From Octopus vulgaris (taxonomy: Eukaryota): DNA of 64,000 nucleotides. Below, piece after piece: positions 55,252 to 64,000 of the stretch; within the stretch, counting starts at the first letter, position 1; each line of letters begins with the position of its first letter. The position numbers and the translations under genes are program-made. Below the pieces are notes generated by a model, which searched no databases, was not told where the DNA came from, and saw nothing but the letters and a program-made list of their open reading frames with translations. The stretch is from contig OX597823.1 in the NCBI GenBank assembly GCA_951406725.2, forward strand, positions 35,216,001-35,280,000, read 5' to 3'.

Positions 55252-57687
55252 GATAGGGTGCCGAATTTCTGGCTCGCATCGCTCCCATGCGCACACGGTA
55301 AGCTAGTTCAGCTGCTCAATGGAATTATGAGAGACCCAAAGAAAACACCTGAATGGTTAGCCAGTGGCATTACTTACCTACTCCCAAAGAATAACGAAAC
55401 CAACCTTCCAAAAAACTATCGGCCTATAACCTGTCTATCCACCACGTATAAAATCCTAACATCTATCCTGGCGGAGAAAACATATGCATTCATGGAGAAG
55501 AACGATATTTTCCCCATTGAACAAAAAGGGTGCCGCCGAGGCTCTTACGGATGCAAAGATCAACTGCTAATCAACCGTATGATCCTTGAGAACTGTCACA
55601 ACAAGCGCAGAAATCTCAGCACCGCATGGATTGACTATAAAAAGGCCTTCGACAGTATACCGCATCCATGGATCTTGAGATCGCTGGACATCTTCAAAAT
55701 TTCCTCTGTGATTTCAAACTTCCTGAAGCACAATATGTCGTTGTGGAATACGAATCTCCAATTATACCACTCTAATGGAGTACTTACCTCAGAAAATATA
55801 AACATCAACTGTGGAATTTTTCAAGGTGACTCACTTTCACCTTTAATATTCTGCATAGCCCTAATACCCCTTACAAGTGAATTAAACAGAACAGGGTATG
55901 TGTATAAAATTGCCAATAAAAAAATAAGCCATCTATTTTATATGGATGACTTAAAACTTTATGGTAAAGACAATAATGAACTTGAAGGCCTATTGCGCAC
56001 CGTGAAAGCATTCAGCGATGACATAGGGATGGAGTTTGGACTTGAGAAGTGTGCCAAGGCCACTTTCCAGAAAGGGAAAGTGAAGACCACAAATTCAGTC
56101 GTGTTAGATGTTGACACAGTCATAAGAGAGCTTGAGCAAGAACAAACATACAAATATTTAGGGATAAATGAAGGTTCTGGTATTCAGCATGCAAGCATGA
56201 AAGAGAAAATCAGGAAGGAATGTTATAGGAGAGTTCGTGCAGTCCTGAAATCTGAACTAAATGCACGTAACAAGGTGTTAGCTATAAATTCCTCAGTAGT
56301 TCCAGTTGTTACTTATAGCTACAATGTGTTGAACTGGAATATGAGTGAAGTAAAGAATATAGATAGGAAAATACGCAAGCTGCTGAGTTGTAATAGGATG
56401 CACCACCCAAAGGCAGACGTAGATCGCCTTTACCTTCCCAGAGCCCAAGGAGGTCGAGGCCTGATCCAATTTGAACTAGCTTACAAAACAACCACAATTG
56501 GACTGGCCAAATATCTCGAAATATCGAATGACTGGATGCTAAAGCTCGTGGAAAATCACGAGAGACGAAAGAAGCTTCATTCTATCATCAAGGAAAGCAA
56601 AAAATTTGCTATTGATCTCGTGCAGGATACCCAAACTGAACAACCCGAGGGAAGTACGGCAACTATTGTTGCAAAGAAGGTGAAAATGATGGCAATGAAA
56701 AAAGCGCACGAGCAATTGGCTGATAGGTGGGAGGAGAAACCTCTGCACGGCAAATATGTGACCCGCAGCAAACAAACTGATGTTGACCAGAAGCAAACCC
56801 ATCAGTGGCTACGGAGCTCAGGGCTAAAAGCAGAGAGCGAAGGTTTCATCCTGGCTGCTCAAGATCAAAGCCTATTAACCCGGAACTACCAGGCCAATGT
56901 GATGAAAAATGGAGCAGACCCAAAATGCCGATTCTGCAACGACATGATTGAAACAGTGGACCACCTAATCTCTGGATGTAAAGTCTTAGCACCAGTGGAG
57001 TATAAATTAAGACATGACAGAGTTGGCCAATATCTCCACTGGCTAATAAGTCGGCATTACAATATCAAAACTGCCGACAATGGTATAATCACCACCCTGA
57101 GGCTGTAACTGAAGGAGAAAATGTAACCATTCTGTGGGACTTTCCAGTACATACAGACCGAACCATCAAGGCCAATAAACCAGATATTGTTGTGAAAGAC
57201 CAAAACAATAAAGTTTGCTTATTGATCGACATGAGCATCCCCTGTGATCATAATATCTCAGCGAAAGAGTTTGACAAGCTCAGAAAATATAAAGACCTAC
57301 TCATTGAAATTGAGAAAATGTGGCATCTCAAGGCGGTTACAATACCAGTGATCGTAGGAGCACTAGGAATGATCAAGAAGGGAACCGAAAATTATATGAG
57401 AATGATCCCTGGCTTACCATCCCTGCAAGAAGTGCAAAAGATTGTCTTAACTGGTACATCACACGTATTGAGAAGAGCATTGTCGATGTGAGAACTGTTG
57501 CTGCTCATGTATTTTAATTTAACTTTAAAAAAAAAAAAAAAATGAACGAACTACTGAGTTTGGTTTAATGGCCTACCAATATATACTATGAGTTTCTTTG
57601 CCCTAGGAGTCGGGAGGACACTCGGCAAGAAATGGAAGCAAATTTGAAAGAAGAAAAAGAAAAAACGAAATCGATAATAATAATAAT
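55250..57687 (+). mobile_element. 5'-truncated, young R4/Dong retrotransposon (RT, CCHC, RLE) inserted in (TAA)n
   Basis: NYRPITCL, IDYKKAFDS, GIFQGDSLSP, YMDD, CRFC..H..C, RHD, KPD..D; a single frameshift at ~57080; TAA repeats on both sides. Confidence 0.95.
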
Positions 57688-58145
57688 TTCAAATGTGAGC
57701 ACAAGGCCAGAAATGTTTTCTAGAAATAATCTATCTAGGATTACATTGTCATAGATGCATCTGTTTACTTCTCTTTTTAAGAGGCTAGGGTGTGATTTGA
57801 AGATGTGGCTGCTATTTCTATCAGATTGAGCTTGTATGTTATTATTTCTACTTGGATTGGATGGATCACTAGAGCTGCAGGTAAAAGGAATTCAGGCATT
57901 TTAAACACATTCCTTTATATTTATGAATTCAGTCATAACGAGATCAAGTTTGTTTTCCGTCTTTCAGGAGTCAATAAAGTAAAGTACCAATAAATATACT
58001 ACAGTCGACTTAATTGACCTCATCCGCGTTCTTCAATTTGTTTTTAGGCTTGTGAGGAACCATTATATTACCCTTCTTTATGCTACATTTTCTTACAGAG
58101 TTATATTATCACATAAATACAATTCAAAATAAACAAAACACTTAC

Positions 58146-59127
58146 CTGAATATGGAGCATTTTCATCCCAAGCTGCCCACATCTGACACACAAAAAACGG
58201 TGACCAACATATAAAGTAACAGGCAACCACACTTAAAGTTAGAGCCACAGACCGGACTTTGGCTCGAGAAATTCCTCTGTTGTAATTGACGCTTTGTCCT
58301 TCCATATCCTCTTCGGAAAACCCTCGAGTTAAATGGTTTTGACCAATACGTGTAGACACACGATTCGTGAGAAAAGATCTATTTCGTGTTCGGGAACTGC
58401 CCAAAGTAGAACGTCCTCTTTTCCATACAGCAAAGCACATCATTCCATAAAACAGAGTCAGTGCTATTGTTGGTAAAATCCAAATCGCGACTGTTAACCA
58501 AGTGATATAAAATTTCAGAGTCCATTCTGGGTCAAAGGTCGCCTGACAAGTCAATCCAATATTTGAGAATTGCATGCTCCATATGAAGAGTTGCGGAGTA
58601 CTGAAGAGAAATGATAACATCCAGGCAATGAAAACCATGACGTGTACTCTGGCAGTTGTCCACTTGTGACTTGATAAAGGGTGACATATAGCAAAATAAC
58701 GGTCAATAGCTGTTGCCACAAGGACATAGCTCGATGCATACATAGCTACGCTTTGTAAGTAAGTAACGAGACGACACAGTAAATCAGTTCCAAGAAATAA
58801 AAATGTAATGTCCCAAATCATCTGCGGCAAATTATTAAAGAAGGCGACGAAGAGGTCAGTTACAGACAGGTGTAAAATAAACAGGTGCATTCGTGTCAGT
58901 TTCTTTCTACGCTGGAACAATGTTATTAAAACAATACTATTACCTATAACTGTAATTATTATAACAACAGCCAACGTAATAACTTCAGCATTAGCCAGGT
59001 CTTGATTACGTCTTATGGGCTGAGTTTCATTTTTTGCTGCGGAAAAGTTACTCCATATTTCGGTTGATGAGAAATTATTCCAAATTTGCGTCGATATTTC
59101 ATTTGGATGTGTAGTAATGTACCTCAT
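58146..59127 (-). CDS. CTR1: Cephalotocin receptor 1, first coding exon (N-terminus to TM6/ECL3)
   Basis: ATG at 59127 (MRYITTHPNEIS); GN, LPQMIWDIT, DRY, STPQ and CWSPFF motifs of vasopressin/oxytocin receptors; donor CAG|GTAAG. Confidence 0.95.
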
Positions 59128-59271
59128 TGCTGCTTTAATTTTATTAAAATAATTCTCTGTTGATACGTTAACAAAATTTGTTATTTTCAAATTCTACAAA
59201 TCGCTTTTGTAGTGTTGTAAACAGAATATTGCCAGATGAAATAAACCACAACATTGTACAGATAATCTGTG

Positions 59272-59323
<52 letters not shown>

Positions 59324-59361
59324 TGTGTGTCCTTGTGTGTATGTGTATGTGTGTATGTTTA

Positions 59362-59400
<39 letters not shown>

Positions 59401-59770
59401 TATATATGTATCTTTACGTACATTATGTGTGTGTGTCTGTGGTTTTATTCAATCACCTCCAAGTGGTAAAATAGATGGTCGAGGAAGTATAAAATTCCGC
59501 TCTTGATGTATGAATTTGCTGTATACAACCAGGAACTGAGGAATTGTATCAATACAGTTGTGTAAATAGATAATCCGTGTTTCGTTGAAGCAACGATGCC
59601 TGAAAAATGCAATAAATAATTATACGATAATCGAAATATTCCTTTATTCCATAAATATATATATATATATATATACATACAAGAAAATCATCATTATTGC
59701 ACTCTCTCTCTCTCTCTCTTTCTCTCTCTATCTATCTATTTATCTATCTATCTGTCTGTATATATATGTG

Positions 59771-59801
<31 letters not shown>

Positions 59802-59942
59802 ATTGCAGCAATGATGATCTTTTGTTCTCATTACTGTTGTTATAATTATTGGAAAAATTATCTCTTAAGCGAACAACATACAGACTTTCCCATACACACT
59901 CTCCCCTACACATTCAGACACTTACTCATTACCCCACCTTAC

Positions 59943-60153
59943 ATATATTAATATAATGCAGCCCTAATAGAGCATTAAAAGCGGATAATGTTTCCAAATA
60001 TTGCAACAAAAACATAAAATTGACAATTAGAAAGAACGACGAAGTTGAATTGAATGAGATTTGAAAAGAAGATAAGGGATTCTGACTCAATGGAGCGTGG
60101 CATTTTATGTGAATATTTTCCCAATCCACAACCAACACTGATGATTCCTACAC
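59943..60153 (-). other. Possible 5' UTR exon of CTR1
   Basis: Pyrimidine-rich acceptor ..tttcttctctttc..ttttgcag|G and donor |GTAAGG; a candidate acceptor tttgtag also lies at 59194-59195. Prediction only. Confidence 0.35.
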
Positions 60154-61670
60154 CTGCAAAATTAAATTTTGAAAGAGAAGAAACAAAGGTAAATGGTAAA
60201 ATGTTAGCTCTGTAGCTTTAACAGGGAGGCTGTTACACTTTATGAATTAGTTCCAACAAAATTTAAGAGGTAGACCAAACCCCAGTCTCGAGAAAATTTC
60301 GGACAGAACAAAATGATTTGTGAATCATAAATTAAGAGTACATATCCTCAATCGCTGTTCTGTTTAGATCAGAGTATTTTATTTAACATTTATTTGCTTA
60401 TTAAGCATTCAGAACTGCATATCAAATCTTTAGGATAATTATTTCCTGTTAAGAAGGCAATATTATCTCATTCACTTGATACTAACCAAAATCTAAATGA
60501 TCTCCATGTTTCATGACCCTCAATGGTTTGGAAAGAGATATCTATAGAGGGAAAGTGACCAAAAGGTATATTGCAGTGTTACTTTCTTAGTAAGTGTATA
60601 ACCTGTATGAGTTAGTAGTTAGCATCTATGCCTTGGATAGTAAGATTCGAAACCAAGGCGCAGAACTCGGCCACGTATCACACATTATTCAATGCATAGT
60701 ACACCATGAAATATATACGACGAATTTATCAGATAATTTATTTCGCCTTATCAATCTATTAGTCTGCCAAGCTCTCTATCATTATATCTATCGAATCTTT
60801 TCTGTTTGACTCATACTTTTTAAACTTTTTAAATGAAGTGAAAATGTTCAAATTTGGTACATTGATGTAGTTTTTCACGTTGTTATTCAGTTGTTCCAGA
60901 AAATCTTTAGAAAAATGTTACAGAGGTTTAAAGTTTGATTATTTTTACCCAATCAGAAAACAGGATTTGGAAGCAGATATGTGACAAAACAATCAACGAT
61001 GGAAGTTTTAATAAGCATTAATTTTTTTTTTTTGCGAGGCATGTAAACAATAGGAAAAGGAAAAATTCTCAATGAAATATTTTGCCAAGTTTTTACAAAA
61101 ATACAACAAAAAACAAAACAAAGCAAAACAGAACAAACTGGATGTTAATTACGAAAAAACAAGCTGTAGTTCAGTTCATCAAGAATCGACTGACGTATGT
61201 ATTCCTTCAATCTGCTGCGATTCCGACATGGTACTGCATAAAGTAAAACATGCATCGTATCGAGACACACCTCTTAAAAAAACAAAACAAAAAAAAACAC
61301 TGCACAAGCAGCAACCTTCCTCAGTTTTATTTACGCCTTGAGAAGACTGTTTCGTATATCCCAACAATCTTTCCTGGAGCACCAATCTGAACTGAGTTGC
61401 GGAGCAGATCCTCCGTACGTAGTCGACGAATATAGCTGTTGTAAGCTACAGCTGTGCAGTGGCAAGCAGACAAAACCTTGGCTTGTTACTATGATAACAG
61501 ATACACATGTGTCAGTGGCTTTCGATTTCCCCAAAACTTGAAAACTTTTCGAATTACCAAAAATTTGGAAACATTAAAAACTATGAAGTATCTTTTCCTA
61601 ATTAAAATACCAAACTACATCAATACACCAAATTTGAAACAAAATTGAATGAATTGAAAAGTGTGGATCA

Positions 61671-61882
61671 ATTTATGTTACTAAATTTCTTAATAACTAA
61701 TGTTGATTAAATAAAAACTAGTAGGGTATATTATTTCCTTATTTGATTTTAAAACATTAAGATTTAAAATTTAAAATCATTTTAAAGAATAGCATTCTTG
61801 TTATTCCTAAATAAGGAAATAATATACCCTACTAGTTTTTATTTAATCAACATTAGTTATTAAGAAATTTAGTAACATAAAT
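61671..61882. repeat. Inverted repeat, 74-bp arms, 64-bp spacer
   Basis: 61671-61744 is the reverse complement of 61809-61882. Confidence 0.9.
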
Positions 61883-62417
61883 AAATTAAATGAAGTTGAA
61901 TAAAATCTTTTTAAATTTCTATAATTATTACATAAATTCTATATATCTAATAAAATTAGTTGTATATCTAATTCACAATAAGTTTTAAAGAATTGGTAAT
62001 TTCCATATCTATTTCTGCAAGAATTCTACTCCACCTAATTCGTTTTTTTTTCCTTTTTTTAAATATAAATATTACCTCTGACTAACCTAAGTTATTATGC
62101 CTCATAAAAACCACACTTCATTCTTAAATACTAAATTTAAATATTCCTAATTCTAGGAACCTACATCTTGGTTGCCCCCCTTCCATTATATTTTAAAGTT
62201 TTTGATATGTGTGCCAATTAATACCTTATTTACTAGAAATATTCTGATAAAAAAGCTCTTCTAAATCCCCTTAATTAATATTCAAAACCTGATAAAGAAT
62301 AGATAATAATATTTAGGTTATTTGGTTTCTATTTCTACAAAACAACCCCACCTTCATGATCTTTGTATGTATTAGTAAGCTTTTAAAATAGATTTTCAAT
62401 ATCGTGGCCAGGACCCC

Positions 62418-62768
62418 AGATCTTTCTAGTTAACTAAATAATTTGAAACTTCGTGTACTCATAGAGTGGAACTAGTTTATTTGAGAAAAATCTATTTTAT
62501 GACTTTAATCGTAGATTAAAACTGCGAATTTTAACCAATGAGATTGCTTGTTTTCATATGTAAAACGTTACTGCGATCTGTTAGTGTGACGTTGAAAGCA
62601 GTTTTGACGTAGTCTGCTCTCTCTTTGTAAGTCTGTCTGCCTCCCCCTCTCTTACTATATTACATTTATCTTGCTTGAACTCATTGAAATAAAACGTCCT
62701 CCTTTTTTTCTGTCTGTCTGTCCTTTTCTCTCTCTCTCTCTCCCTCTCTCTCTATCTCTCTCTCTCTA

Positions 62769-62841
<73 letters not shown>

Positions 62842-63355
62842 GTATATATGTATGTTCATATATGTATGTAAATATTTATGAAATAAATAAACACACATAT
62901 TCGTGCGGATGTATTAAATATCTAAAATGTGTGAGCCTTATATAATTAAACTGATGATATATATATATATATACACATATATATATATATGTGTGTGTGT
63001 GTGCGTGCGTGTAATGTATGTATAATTATATATATGCGTGTGTGAGCGTGTGTGTGTGTGTGTGTGTGTGATGAAAGGCAAAATCGACCTCGGCGGAGAT
63101 GCCACTTCTTAATAGCAAACGAAAGCGCTTTGTTTACATTTAAGATGTTTAATACGTCACGAAATTGGTGGTCGAGACGGAGTAAATAAAATAAAGCCGA
63201 ATGACGGAATATCATTGGTTAAAATTCTAATTATTAAACAACGTTAAACTTAGAAGTTACAATTCCGTTTTCATTCTGGTTTACAATTAAGTTTACTTTT
63301 GACACATTCTACCAGTATACGAAGTTTCAAATTGTTTGGTTCAGTAGGAAAAATT
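62418..63355. mobile_element. Second, decayed copy of the 24722-27489 TIR family
   Basis: tttctagttaactaaataatttgaaacttcgt at ~62423 and gacacattctaccagtatacgaagtttcaaattg at 63301. Confidence 0.65.
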
Positions 63356-64000
63356 TGAAAAAACTGGCTTCAGAATAGAAAAGATCCATGGATTTTAAAT
63401 AAAGAAAATGAAAATATTTTACAAGTACCAATTAATAAATATAAATTATCATATTCTCCTAGACACTCACATACATACGTAGCACATGAATACAAACATA
63501 CATACATACCTACGTATGGGCATACACACGTACATACGCACGTACATGTACGCACACACATACATGGGCACATGCATACGAGCGCGTATACATACATACG
63601 CACATGCGTACGTATGTACATACATACATACATACATACATACATACATACATACATACGCACATACATACATACGAACAATAGTAAAACATTAGTTCTG
63701 TGATATAGAGATAAAAATCTGATAATAGATTTTAGGGTATAGTTCTTGTGAGCAAGCGTCATAAATTCACTTTCTAGCCTCGGCCGTAGGGAGTTGAAAT
63801 TTGATAGCGTTGTGATGAGTGGTCACTCTACATCCATCCATCGCTACAGGTTTATAGCTTTATGTTTTATAGAGTGTATGTGCGTGCTTATACACACACA
63901 TACATATATACATACATACATACATACATACATACATACATACATACATACATACATACATGCATACACAGGCGTATGTGCGTACATGCATACGTACATA

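Noticed and set aside
57060-57110. Programmed frameshift in the Dong element
   Set aside because: No slippery heptamer, and it falls mid-domain; best explained as a 1-nt deletion or sequencing error
58093-59190. 365-aa single-exon 6-TM receptor as listed in the ORF track
   Set aside because: The start is TTG upstream of the ATG at 59127, and the tail is intron read-through past a consensus donor; TM7 is in the exon at 28287-28076

Overview
AT-rich, microsatellite-dense eukaryotic genomic DNA, almost certainly Octopus (inferred from the gene and SINE families). It holds one host protein-coding gene, a minus-strand vasopressin/oxytocin-family GPCR matching cephalotocin receptor 1. Its 397 aa are split between coding exons 59127-58146 and 28287-28076, with a 29.9 kb phase-1 intron after TM6. 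One intact tRNA-Ser(TGA) lies in that intron. Most of the rest is transposon-derived: Penelope-like elements (PLEs) and their pseudo-LTR derivatives, R4/Dong, Tx1, RTE and CR1 LINE pieces, mariner, Chapaev3, a non-autonomous Helitron and tRNA-derived SINEs. Main points of interest: (1) an intact two-ORF Neptune-type PLE whose ORFs overlap at a T-TTT-TTA -1 frameshift heptamer; (2) many type I hammerhead ribozyme motifs that together show all four Watson-Crick versions of the core 3-8 pair; (3) a recurring, covarying three-way-junction RNA motif containing CUGANGA that is not a canonical hammerhead; (4) candidate A-to-I recoding codons in the receptor. All coordinates and folds were worked out by eye, and repeat boundaries are approximate.
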